Positions 46,973 through 58,709 of a stretch of DNA of 64,000 nt are shown here, one piece after another. The notes beneath the pieces were generated by a model. It saw only the letters and a list, made by a program, of their open reading frames with translations, was not told the origin of the DNA and ran no database searches. Both the position numbers and the translations under genes were made by a program. Within the stretch, counting starts at the first letter, position 1; the number at the start of each line of letters is the position of its first letter. The stretch lies in assembly GCA_032718475.1 (NCBI GenBank), contig JAUCBJ010000116.1:1-64000 (forward strand). Reading direction: 5' to 3'. This DNA is from Nemertoderma westbladi (taxonomy: Eukaryota; Animalia; Xenacoelomorpha).

Positions 46973-48891
46973 TATAGAATTATATTCTCATAAATGCCGT
47001 GGATTTTCAAAATTTTATTTTGTTCGAATTAACTTTCTATAAAGATTACATTAAGTCTTCATTTGCATTTACTATATCTATTTGTATAACATTGTTCAAG
47101 TGGTTCAGTAGCTCAGTCGGTTAAGCGTTGGAAATTCGTGTAGTAGGTATCGAGTTCGAATCCCAGTAAGTGTGAATTATTTTTTGTGCTAAGTTTCAAC
47201 TCATTTAAATTAACCGCTACGAATTAAATTGCATTTGCTCAAGGTAGATTAACCAATAAGATTGCAGTTATTAGATAGAAACCAATGTCGTGCAAGATAC
47301 GTGTTCGCTGGACCAATGATTATCTTTAAAAACCTAGTAGAACTCATAGAACAATCTAGATTTATCTCGATTGATTGCAGCACAAATTTGCTATAAAAGG
47401 TGCGATTTGTTCATTAGTTATCACTCTTAATCACTTATTAGTTATCTCTCACTTACATCCATTAGTTATTTCAGATTACATTGTTTATATTAATATAATT
47501 GTTGGTTATCTGTAATAAAGTCAGAATTATCGCTATATCTGCCCTTTTCTATCATGTTTCACCACGGTGAACCTAACTGAGGGACAGGATGGCAGGCTAG
47601 ACATCGGGCCACAGCAATGAACGGGAACATCGGAGGAATGTAGACAGGAGACCACCCACAATACTGATTCGTAGTTATTCGCCCATCGCCTGAAAGGTTA
47701 GACAGCGTTCGATGCCTCGCTACCTAAGTATAAGACCTGAGATCGAAGGTAGAAGTAGCGACACACTGTACGCCAAAAAATTTAAATTTAGGAACCGTAT
47801 TATATTCACTCGGGAAAACCCACGGAAACCCTTCGTATTCCTACGGGAGGAGAGGATAGGCAGAGAGATACCAGTACACAGATAGGACACAGGCACACCA
47901 TTACACGGCATGCACATTGGTAGGGTGCAGCAAACTGTACGCCTAACTCATTTGCCAGGTATAGGTGCGCTGGTGGCTTGTCAGTAGTACAACGGTGTTC
48001 ATCGTTTGCGTAGGAGCTTGTAGGCCAGGAGAGGGTTACTGTGTTTTTTCCCTGAATTAAAATTATACCGTTCAGGTGGTAGGGCAGTTTACTGCTAGGC
48101 ATATAAATTAAGGCTATTAGGGATACTAACACCTACCGTGTCCCCGCCGACATCCTGTTAGGAAGTTGCCGTGCCCATCTAGGCAACCAAAATTCTAGAT
48201 AAGAACACCAGGCTAGCTATTTGTAACTGTACGCCTACTGTAGTAAACTAACACATTTCTTCTTAGTATTAGGGACCTGGTAAATAAAATTGCCGAATTC
48301 TGGGTGTAGTATTAACCTTATGCCTGAATTTGAGTCCTGGAAATACACAAAAGGGGAAGGAGCCTTATCATTTGTAAGTATTAGACCTACAAACTACCAA
48401 AATTAGAATATTTGTAAAATGTACACTGGACCCAGTAAATGATATTATACGAAGGATTACAAAATCAATTTGACCCTGAATAAAAACACACGCGCGTTTA
48501 GGAATTATTTGTACCTCGAAATATATAAAATAATTTGTCCATACCGCGGCTTTGCCCGCTAGTTATATTTGTAGCTAGCATCTCTCTCACCCACCATATA
48601 AATCACACCGCGGCAAAGTATACGAGCGCTTTTAGTCCGTCAGTGAGTCAGAAAGATTATTAGGATTCGCTGCGCGGGATTTTGTTTTATCGAAGTTTGT
48701 CCGTTCGTAGACTGTCTTCTGCCTCACCGGTTATAAGAGACCAATACTGCAATAGATTTGCTTACTTGGAGTTTACTGTTTTGGTGAGAAGGTTGGATTA
48801 TGCCTTGATTCACAAACTTTACAGTAGGATATTGCGGTATAAGTTGTTACTGTCTCTTACAACAGTAGGAATGTGACCTATGTTGATTTCA
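46973..48891 (+). repeat. 3' LTR of C
   Basis: Direct repeat of 31167-33085. Confidence 0.93.
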
Positions 48892-48968
48892 CAATTAATT
48901 AATGTTTGGAATGGTGAATAGGCTTGTGAACTAGAAAGCCGTGGCCCGAAGGGCCACTGGCTTTCTAG

Positions 48969-51900
48969 TCTTATCTAATCTAATATTTATAAATCTCGAT
49001 TGTCTGTCTGTCTGTCTGTCTGTGTGTTTGTCATCGGCTATACAATCGAACCCATCTCGATGAAATCTCGCTTGCTATATCTCGTTAGAAAGATCTCGCC
49101 CTAACTCGTTGCAACGTAATACTCAGAGCCGTCTGAAGTTCGCCCGTCTGCCGCTAGAGGGCGATTTTCGTGATTTTCGGGCGAAATTTATCGAATTATT
49201 TCGGTTCTTCTATCGGTAATTAATTATTTAGAGGGCTAACATTTATCCCACCTGGTATAAAATTAACATGGGTAGATTCGCCGTGTCCCATTCTCACAAA
49301 GTTTTTATTTTATTCGAGTGTTTAATATAAATATGTATGATTATTTATTGATTAAAAATCAAATAGTGTATAAATATGTCATATTCGCCAAGCACGATCG
49401 AATTGGCCTATTGTTATTGAATAGGGAAGGATTGTTTTCTGTTACATAGCAACATTAAGGTAATTATTGAACTCGCAGCTAGCTGGCTGGGCACAGATAA
49501 GGAGCAAGCAGGCTGGAGTGTTGATTGGGGTGGGTTTGGGTTGTCTGTTCCGAATTGCTCAAGAGTAATTCTGCTTTCTCAATCATTGGCTGCATGGAAG
49601 GAGAGGTTTATAACATTTTTTTTTATTGTTATGAATATTAAAAGTAAAATAATTATTTCTGTAGGCCTATACTTACTGTATTATTATTTTATCTAATATT
49701 ATACATCTAATCTCGATGAAATCTCGCTTACTATAGCTCGTTAGATAGGTCTCGCCCTAACTCGTTGCAACGTAATACTCAGAGCCGTCTGAAGTTCCCC
49801 CGTCTGCCGCTAGAGGGCGAATTATCCTATAGTGAAAACCTGATCTTATTGGGTTGTTTTTAATGCTTTTGAGCGGAAACTTGGTAGCTATATACTGCAG
49901 CATAGGCTGTATATTTCCAGAGTCACTGGGTTGTCTACAGTTCCCCAGTCTACCGTTAGAGGGCTAAATGTCTGAGAGTTAACATCTTCTCCAACGTTAT
50001 TATTTACAATCCGTTTTGACTGAAACTTGGTAGGCATCTACTACAGCATAGGCTGAATCTTTACTGAGTCGCAGAGTCGTCTACAATTTCCCAGTCTGCC
50101 GCTAGAGGGCGAAATGTCTGCAAGTTAACATCTTCTCCAACTTTGTTATTTATAATCCATTTAGACTGAACTTGGTAGGCATCTACTACAGCATAGGCTA
50201 TATCTTTACTGAGTCGCGCAGAGTTGTCTACAGTACCCGCGTCTGCCGCCAGAGGGCGAAATGTATGAAAGTTAACATCTTCTCCAACTTTGTTATTTAC
50301 AATCCTTTTAGACTGAAACTTGGTAGGCATCTACTATAGCATAGGCTATATCTTTGCGGAGTAGTAGAGTCGTCTACAGTTCCACAGTCAGCCGCAAGAG
50401 GGCGAATTGTCTGATAGTGAAAACCTCATCCCATTTGGTTCTTTTTAATCCTTTTGAGCTGAAATTTGGCAGGTATCTACTACATCCTAGGCTCTATCTT
50501 TACGGAGTTGCAGAGTCCTATACACTTCCACAGTCTACCGCTAGAGGGTGAAATGTCTGAAAGTTAACATCTTCTCCAACTTTGTTATTTACAAACGGTT
50601 TAGACTGAAACTTGGTAGGCATCTACTACAGCATAGGCTCTACCTTTACGGAGTCGCAGAGTTGTATACAGTTCCCCTATCTGCCGCTAGAGGGCGAATT
50701 GTCTGATAGTGAACACCTCATCCCAATTGGTTCTTTTTAATCCCTTTGAGCTGAAACTTGGCAGGAATCTACTACAGCATATTCTGTATCTTTACGGAGT
50801 CCCAGAGTCGTCTACAGTTCTTCAGTCTACCGCTAGAAGTCTGAATGTGAACATCTACACCAATTTTGTTATTTACAATCTGTTTAAGCTGAAACTTGAA
50901 AGGCAGGCATTTTACTTCACCATAAACCCCATCTTTACCAAACTGCAGCGCCGTCTACATTTCACCAGTCCGCAGGTAGAGGGTGGATCTGAAAGTTATC
51001 ATTTTCTGGAAATTTTGTTATTTACAATCTTACTAAAGTTGAAACTTGACAGTTATCTCTTATGGGGGTGGTGTTTTATTTAATGATGGTGTCTGTTCCA
51101 TATGCAGTTCTCCAATCTCCCACACATATTCATATATCATCTGCACGTGCACTAGAAAGCTGTGGCCCGAAGGGCCACAGGCTTTCTAGTCTAATATATA
51201 TAAATCTCGATTGTCTGTCTGTCTGTCTGTCTGTCTGTGTGTTTGTCATCGGCTATACAATCGAACCCATCTCGATGAAATCTCGCTTGCTATATCTCGT
51301 TAGAAAGGTCTCGCCCTAACTCGTTGCAACGTAATACTCAGAGCCGTCTGAAGTTCGCCCGTCTGCCGCTAGAGGGCGATTTTCGTGATTTTCGGGCGAA
51401 ATTTATCGAATTATTTCGGTTCTTCTATCGGTAATTAATGATTTAGAGGGCTAACATTTATCCCACCTGGTATAAAATTAACATGGGTAGATTCGCCGTG
51501 TCCCATTCTCACAAAGTTTTTATTTTATTCGAGTGTTTAATATAAATATGTATGATTATTTATTGATTAAAAATCAAATAGTGTATAAATATGTCATATT
51601 CGCCAAGCACGATCGAATTGGCCTATTGTTATTGAATAGGGAAGGATTGTTTTCTGTATCATAGCAACGTTAAGGTAATTATTGAACTCGCAGCTAGCTG
51701 GCTGGGCACAGATAAGGAGCAAGCAGGCTGGAGTGTTGATTGGGGTGGGTTTGGGTTGTCTGTTGCGAATTGCTCAAGAGTAATTCTGCTTTCTCAATCA
51801 TTGGCTGCATGGAAGGAGAGGTTTATAACATTTTTGTTTTAATGTTATGAATATTAAAAGTAAAATAATTATTTCTGTAGGCCTATACTTACTGTATTAT

Positions 51901-53647
51901 TATTTTATCTAATATTATACATCTAATCTCGATGAAAACTCGCTTACTATAGCTCGTTAGATAGGTCTCGCCCTAACTCGTTGCAACGTAATACTCAGAG
52001 CCGTCTGAAGTTCCCCCGCCTGCCGCTAAAGGGCGAATTATCTGATAGTGAAAACCTGATCTTATTGGGTTGTTTTTAATGCTTTTGAGCTGAAACTTGG
52101 TAGCTATATACTGCAGCATAGGCTGTATATTTCCGGAGTCACTGGGTTGTCTACAGTTCCCCAGTCTACCGTTAGAGGGCTAAATGTCTGAGAGTTAACA
52201 TCTTCTCCAACTTTATTATTTACAATCCGTTTTGACTGAAACTTGGTAGGCATCTACTACAGCATAGGCTGAATCTTTACTGAGTCGCAGAGTCGTCTAC
52301 AATTTCCCAGTCTACCGCTAGAGGGCGAAATGTCTGCAAGTTAACATCTTCTTCAACTTTGTTATTCATAATCCATTTAGACTGAACTTGGTAGGCATCT
52401 ACTACAGCATAGGCTATATCTTTACTGAGTCGCGCAGAGTTGTCTACAGTACCCGCGTCTGCCGCTAGAGGGCGAAATGTATGAAAGTTAACATCTTCTC
52501 CAACTTTGTTATTTACAATCCTTTTAGACTGAAACTTGGTAGGCATCTACTATAGCATAGGCTATATCTTTGCGGAGTAGTAGAGTCGTCTACAGTTCCA
52601 CAGTCAGCCGCAAGAGGGCGAATTGTCTGATAGTGAAAACCTCATCCCAATTGGTTCTTTTTAATCCTTTTGAGCTGAAACTTGGCAGGTATCTACTACA
52701 TCCTAGGCTCTATCTTTACGGAGTTGTAGAGTCCTATACACTTCCCCAGTCTACCGCTAGAGGGTGAAATGTCTGAAAGTTAACATCTTCTCCAACTTTG
52801 TTATTTACAAACGGTTTAGACTGAAACTTGGTAGGCATCTACTACAGCATAGGCTCTACCTTTACGGAGTCGCAGAGTTGTATACAGTTCCCCTATCTGC
52901 CGCTAGAGGGCGAATTGTCTGATAGTGAACACCTCATCCCAATTGGTTCTTTTTAATCCCTTTGAGCTGAAACTTGGCAGGAATCTACTACAGCATATTC
53001 TGTATCTTTACGGAGTCCCAGAGTCGTCTACAGTTCTTCAGTCTACCGCTAGAAGTCTGAATGTGAACATCTACACCAATTTTGTTATTTACAATCTGTT
53101 TAAGCTGAAACTTGAAAGGCAGGCATTTTACTTCACCATAAACCCCATCTTTACCAAACTGCAGCGCCGTCTACATTTCACCAGTCCGCAGGTAGAGGGT
53201 GGATCTGAAAGTGATCATTTTCTGGAAATTTTGTTATTTACAATCTGACTAAAGTTGAAACTTGACAGTTATCTCTTATGGGGGTGGTGTTTTATTTAAT
53301 GATGGTGTCTGTTCCGTATGCAGTTCTCCAATCTCCCACACATATTCATATATCATCTGCACGTGCACTAGAAAGCTGTGGCCCGAAGGGCCACAGGCTT
53401 TCTAGTCTAATATATATAAATATCGATTGTCTGTCAGTCTGTGTGTTTGTCATTGGCTATACAATCGAACCCATCTCGATGAAATCTCGCTTGCCATAGC
53501 TCGTTAGAAAGGTCTCGCCCTAACTCGTTGCAACGTAATACTCAGAGCCGTCTGAAGTTCGCCCGTCTGCCATTAGAGGGCAATTTTCGTGATTTTCGGG
53601 CGAAATTTATCGAATTATTTCGGTTCTTCACTGCACTAGCTTTCTAG
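48969..53647 (+). mobile_element. Head-to-tail Helitron-like family H2: two ~2.2-kb units (48969-51189, 51190-53405) and a deleted unit (53406-53647)
   Basis: CTAG|TC junctions, terminal hairpins, ~146-bp internal repeats with CCGCTAGAGGGCG. Confidence 0.8.
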
Positions 53648-54605
53648 TAGTCTATATAAAAATCTTGCGTGTGTCTGTCTGTTCGCTTATACGTTTCGCC
53701 TCATCTCTACCATTTATCGCGATTGTGATAGATTCGGAACCGGCCTGACTTCGGACGTTGCAACGCGACATTTTTCTAGAAATTTACAGGCGTTATTTTC
53801 GTTTTAACGCCGTTTTATCCCGCAAATCCGTGTTAGCTGCTACCCCTAAAATGTAAAACCATTATTCCAGCTGGTTTCCTGACAACTGCGGAACTGACTG
53901 CAAGCAGTCAGCAGTGTGATACTGTGATACAGCTGTACCAGTGTACAGGTGCTGAGGTGTACCGTCATTTAATTCAGTAATTCTGTACGGCAACGGCAGT
54001 ACAGCAGTACTGCTGTACAGCTGTACAAACTTGCGCTTAGCAAACAAACTTAGCTAAAAAGCTTATGCAAACTGAGATCTGTAGGCCAACTGAACTGTGT
54101 AATACCTATGCATGAACTGTACTGCTGTATGCTTTGCTTACGCTTTCGTCAGTCATATAGACGTACTGCTGTACTGCTAAGATAGGCCTTATCACAGTAA
54201 CAGGTTCCCAGGTAGGCCTACCTGCTACCGGCTGACCAGTAATGCTAACCCATAGATCAGTAGATTGTTGGACCGTACTGCCATAAAGCAACACATATAC
54301 TGATATAGGCATAGGCCCGATGCATTTCTGCATTTAGCTGGAGTATGGAGTCGTGGAGTTCCGTAGACAACTCTGTAACTCGCCTAACTGCTGAACTGGT
54401 AAGCCTACCTGCCTACTGCGTAGCATACTGCCCTATACTGCTATAATACTGCAGTGACAGTGATGCAGTGAATTAATACAACTTAACTATATACTATACA
54501 ATACATACATCATTGTGAATTGTGATATTGCTATATACAACTGCATTTCGTCAATTGTATTATAATTGTTGAAACAACATCATCTGCTATTCATAATAGG
54601 GAATA

Positions 54606-55622
54606 ATGTCCAGTCAGAACCAAGGTCGATCTAGCTTTAGTCAACGAGATTCTTGTGGTACGGCTCCCTCAACAAAACAGGGGATAAAATCCAAAAGTCC
54701 AAGATTAAAACCAAGACCTGTAGAATGGGAGACAGTGAAAGTTGAATGCACAATCTGTCTTCACACATGGACCGAGGTTGAGATTCGAAAGAAATCAGAT
54801 ATTATAAATGAGCCTTTCTCGTGTGGTTTCTGCTCTGCTGAACTCATCAACAAACTCCAGCAAGCACTTCAGATGCTCCAAGAATCCCACTCCAGTAAGT
54901 CTGATGTGCTCTACACGGAAATTCAGAATGCAGCAGATAGTGCATCTGCCGAAAGCAAAGATATATCCTCAGATGTGTCTTCCTTGCGGATTGAATTAGA
55001 GTCTCGGATTGATGAAATCGCAGCCAAAACCTGCGAAGTCAAGGACAAATTAAATAATATTGAAACTGTTGGAGGCGGGCTTGGTTCCGGTTGCAGTGAA
55101 AATAACTCTTGGGCTGATATTGTCAAGAAAAATGCTGACCAAATCGGCAATCTAACAAAGAAACTTGAGGGTGCAGCGGCCACTACTACTAATACGCAAT
55201 CCTTGGAGAGCATAGAGAAAATCATATCTGTAAATGAGCAACGCAAAAAGAATGTTATAATTCGTGGTGTACCAGGTGATACTCAAGCTACTCCTGAAGC
55301 CCAACGTCTTTCCGATAACCAGTTCTTACAATCAACCTTACATACTTCCCTTCCTCACCATGGGATATCCCGCCTGGGGAAGAAAAGAGATGATGGAAAG
55401 CCACATCCTCTACGACTAATATTTCAATCATCAGAAACTGCCTACAGAGTCCTGGAAATGAAATCATTCACAGTGGAATCTGATTCAGCTACTGTGCGAT
55501 ATTATTTTGACAAGGACCTTTCGAGGTTCGATCGTGAACGTGCCTACAAGGAAAGGCAGCGACGTAGACTACAGAATCGTCCATCCGCAACACTATCCAA
55601 CAATGTTGATAGGGTTGACTGA
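54606..55622 (+). CDS. CR1 ORF1 (zinc-finger-like motif, coiled coil, RRM-like region)
   Basis: CTIC...CGFC, heptad region, RKKNVIIRGVP. Confidence 0.85.
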   Translation: MSSQNQGRSSFSQRDSCGTAPSTKQGIKSKSPRLKPRPVEWETVKVECTICLHTWTEVEIRKKSDIINEPFSCGFCSAELINKLQQALQMLQESHSSKSDVLYTEIQNAADSASAESKDISSDVSSLRIELESRIDEIAAKTCEVKDKLNNIETVGGGLGSGCSENNSWADIVKKNADQIGNLTKKLEGAAATTTNTQSLESIEKIISVNEQRKKNVIIRGVPGDTQATPEAQRLSDNQFLQSTLHTSLPHHGISRLGKKRDDGKPHPLRLIFQSSETAYRVLEMKSFTVESDSATVRYYFDKDLSRFDRERAYKERQRRRLQNRPSATLSNNVDRVD

Positions 55623-55781
55623 CAATTAATATCTACTGCTAATGGTACACCTACACATCCCATACCCCACCCCCACCCCCATATATTTTCCCAACTGGCA
55701 CGTCATAATTTCCCTACTACCCCTATATCATCAACCACAACTGCCAATACATACAATCCTATCACTAACCCAGCTCCATCC

Positions 55782-58709
55782 ATGATTTCAGGTGGGTCTG
55801 ACATTACTATCCATACCCCAAGTGCCTCAGCTGCAGGCACAAAGCAGCTTAACATCCTTTATACTAATGCTGATTCCTTACATAACAAACTCAGTAATTT
55901 GCAAACACGAATTGCAAGTTTCCAACCCGACATTATTGCAATTACAGAGGTTTTACCGAAAAACAAAATATTTGAATATAGTATAAAAGATTACACCCTA
56001 GACGGTTATAACAGTGAACATCATAATCTGGACGACTCGTTTTGTCAACGTGGGATCATAATCTACACAAAGAATAACAATTGTGGAACATCTATGGACT
56101 TACGTACCATCAGATTGAGATACACTACATTTTCGGAGATTGTTTTGATACAATACATCTACCAATATCTAGGCAAAAAAGAGACAGTTATATTTGGATG
56201 TATTTATTGTAGTCCTAACTCCACCCCGGACAATAATAAAGAGCTAATCAGTTCCATTAATTTATTGTGTAAAGAAAATAATCCTACTCAAATAATATTA
56301 GTTGGTGACTTTAATATGTCTGAGACACAGTGGACAACTTTGCAAACATCAAATTCAGACGAATCTGAAATTCTTTGTTGCTTTCAGGACAACTACTTGA
56401 GCCAACATGTCGACCAACCCACCCGCTTTCGCGAAGGAAACATTCCACGCATCTTAGACCTAGTCCTAACATCTGAACGTGACATGGTAGATAAAATTTC
56501 CTACACACCCCCTCTTGGAGCTAGTGACCACGTTGTCCTCGAGATTAGCCTGACCACACTTTCAAGTCCAGCATCACCTGTAACTGAATATAAAGTATTA
56601 TCAAAGGCAAACTATAATGCAATGGCGACATATATACAGTCATTCAATTGGATAGAAGTCCTAACACCAATGGATACAACTGAGGCATGTGCATGTCTTT
56701 ACAAAACTCTTGAGTATTGTATACATAATTATATACCTGTCAAAAAATGCCGTTCATACAACTACCCCAAATGGATGACCAGGGATGTACGCAAACTCAT
56801 TTCCCTGAAGAAATCAGCATGGCGAACCTTCCGGAGGACCAATACACCTTCTGCCTACAACAAATATAAACAAAGGAGAAATATTTGCAATGATGCTGTG
56901 AAAAAATCCAAACAAGATTACGAGCGCTCAGTAGCACTATCAGCCAGCAAAGACCCGAAACAGTTCTGGAAATTTGTGCGGTCGAAAACAAAGTCTCGCG
57001 GCACAATAGCCTCCTTGAAAGACAAGCAGGGAAATATAGCAACATCTAATGTTGACAAAGCAGAAGTTTTGAATCAACAATACTTTTCTACTTTTACTAC
57101 CGAGGACACACATTCTGTTCCTGATACATCAACCTCAATTCCAGAAGCAACAATTAACTGGGTAGAATTTACACCATCTGTGGTGGAACAAGCTGCATCT
57201 CAGATAAACTCATCTGGTGCCCCTGGCCCTGATGGAATCTTCCCGATACTCATAGTGACACTCATCGCCGTACTGGCTCTACCCCTCTCTATTATCTTTC
57301 AGAAGTCGTTGGAAAGCGGCATTGTTCCCCAGCCTTGGAAGGAAGCAAATATTACGCCTATATTCAAGCGTGGAGTCCGCTACCTTCCTATAAACTACCG
57401 GCCTGTTAGCTTGACCTCGATTCTCTGCAAGCTAATGGAAAGAATCATAGCCAATAACTTATACTCTTTCTGGAAAGAGTTCTCTCTGCTAACCATGGCA
57501 CAGTATGGATTTCAAAGAGGAAAGTCATGCACAATCCAACTCATTGACGTTGTGTTCCAGTGGGCAAAGGCCCTGGATGAAGGCAAATGCATAGATGTTG
57601 TATACCTAGATTTCCTCAAGGCGTTTGACACTGTGCCACACCAGCGATTAATTAAAAAGATGGAGAATATGGGGATTTCTGGTTCCCTGCTTGTATGGCT
57701 CAGGTCATTTATTACAGGTCGCTGGCAACGAGTCGTAGTTGGCGGGTCTCACTCCAAATGGGTTCCCGTTCTTAGTGGAGTACCTCAAGGGAGTATTTTG
57801 GGCGTTCTTTGCTATCTGGGATTTATTAACGATCTACCGGACGCTGTGACATGGATAATACACCTCTTCGCAGACGACACTAAGGACAGTGCCATATTTA
57901 CCCCATCCCCATATCTAACATGCGGGCCCCTCCAAAACGATCTTGACAACCTTTACAGATGGAGTGTCGTGTGGCAGCAGCTATTTAATAATGACAAATG
58001 CAAAATTATGCACATAGGAAGGACAAACCCAAAGTTTGCTTACACCCTGGGAGATATTACCAACCAGCATCACCTTGCGGAAACTACAACAGAAAAAGAT
58101 CTTGGTGTTTACTTCCAGAATAATCTACATTTCAGCATCCACATCGCCAACATTGTTAAGAAAGCAAACAGCCATCTTGGTCTTATATACCGCAGCTTTA
58201 ATCATATAGATGGCGATATATTTCTTGGGTTATACAAGAGTATGGTTCGTCCCATTCTTGAATATTCATCTGTGGTTTGGTCTCCAAAAAAAATTGGCGA
58301 ATCGAAACTAATCGAAGGAGTACAACGCCGCGCGACGCGGCTTGTCTCAGGTCTCCGTGATCTCGATTATCCTTCACGCCTTCGTAAGTTGGGTCTGCCA
58401 ACGTTGGAATACCGGCGCCACCGCGCCGATATGATCCAAGTCTATAAACTGCTGACCGGTCTCGATAACGCAGACTACCGCACTTACTTCACATTGGATC
58501 CTTCCAGTCGTCGCGGACACTCTCTGAAGTTATTCAAACCTCGGGCGCGTTTGGTATTATGTAATGACACCTTTAGCTATCGAGTAATCGACGATTGGAA
58601 CAGTCTTACCGAATCTGTTGTTTCATCGCCGACTCTAAACACATTCAAGTCAAGGCTAAACGAACACTATAAGAATTTGCCATTGAAATTTTCCCCATCC
58701 TGGTGGTAG
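55782..58709 (+). CDS. CR1 ORF2 endonuclease-reverse transcriptase, 975 aa
   Basis: ITE, VGDFN, LDLVLT, SDH; YRPVSLTS, DFLKAFD, GVPQGS, FADD, EKDLGV, VQRRATR. Confidence 0.95.
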   Translation: MISGGSDITIHTPSASAAGTKQLNILYTNADSLHNKLSNLQTRIASFQPDIIAITEVLPKNKIFEYSIKDYTLDGYNSEHHNLDDSFCQRGIIIYTKNNNCGTSMDLRTIRLRYTTFSEIVLIQYIYQYLGKKETVIFGCIYCSPNSTPDNNKELISSINLLCKENNPTQIILVGDFNMSETQWTTLQTSNSDESEILCCFQDNYLSQHVDQPTRFREGNIPRILDLVLTSERDMVDKISYTPPLGASDHVVLEISLTTLSSPASPVTEYKVLSKANYNAMATYIQSFNWIEVLTPMDTTEACACLYKTLEYCIHNYIPVKKCRSYNYPKWMTRDVRKLISLKKSAWRTFRRTNTPSAYNKYKQRRNICNDAVKKSKQDYERSVALSASKDPKQFWKFVRSKTKSRGTIASLKDKQGNIATSNVDKAEVLNQQYFSTFTTEDTHSVPDTSTSIPEATINWVEFTPSVVEQAASQINSSGAPGPDGIFPILIVTLIAVLALPLSIIFQKSLESGIVPQPWKEANITPIFKRGVRYLPINYRPVSLTSILCKLMERIIANNLYSFWKEFSLLTMAQYGFQRGKSCTIQLIDVVFQWAKALDEGKCIDVVYLDFLKAFDTVPHQRLIKKMENMGISGSLLVWLRSFITGRWQRVVVGGSHSKWVPVLSGVPQGSILGVLCYLGFINDLPDAVTWIIHLFADDTKDSAIFTPSPYLTCGPLQNDLDNLYRWSVVWQQLFNNDKCKIMHIGRTNPKFAYTLGDITNQHHLAETTTEKDLGVYFQNNLHFSIHIANIVKKANSHLGLIYRSFNHIDGDIFLGLYKSMVRPILEYSSVVWSPKKIGESKLIEGVQRRATRLVSGLRDLDYPSRLRKLGLPTLEYRRHRADMIQVYKLLTGLDNADYRTYFTLDPSSRRGHSLKLFKPRARLVLCNDTFSYRVIDDWNSLTESVVSSPTLNTFKSRLNEHYKNLPLKFSPSWW

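Larger units (their letters stand above)
31167..48891 (+). mobile_element. BEL/Pao LTR retrotransposon C (17.7 kb)
   Basis: 1919-bp direct repeats (offset 15806), BEL pol motifs, flanks TAATT/CAATT (imperfect 5-bp TSD). Confidence 0.95.
29050..48968 (+). mobile_element. Non-autonomous Helitron-like element H1 with about 10 x 147-bp repeats (29520-31090), split by BEL element C
   Basis: TC start, microsatellite, tandem core repeats, terminal hairpin CTAGAAAGCC...GGCTTTCTAG at 48931-48968. Confidence 0.75.
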
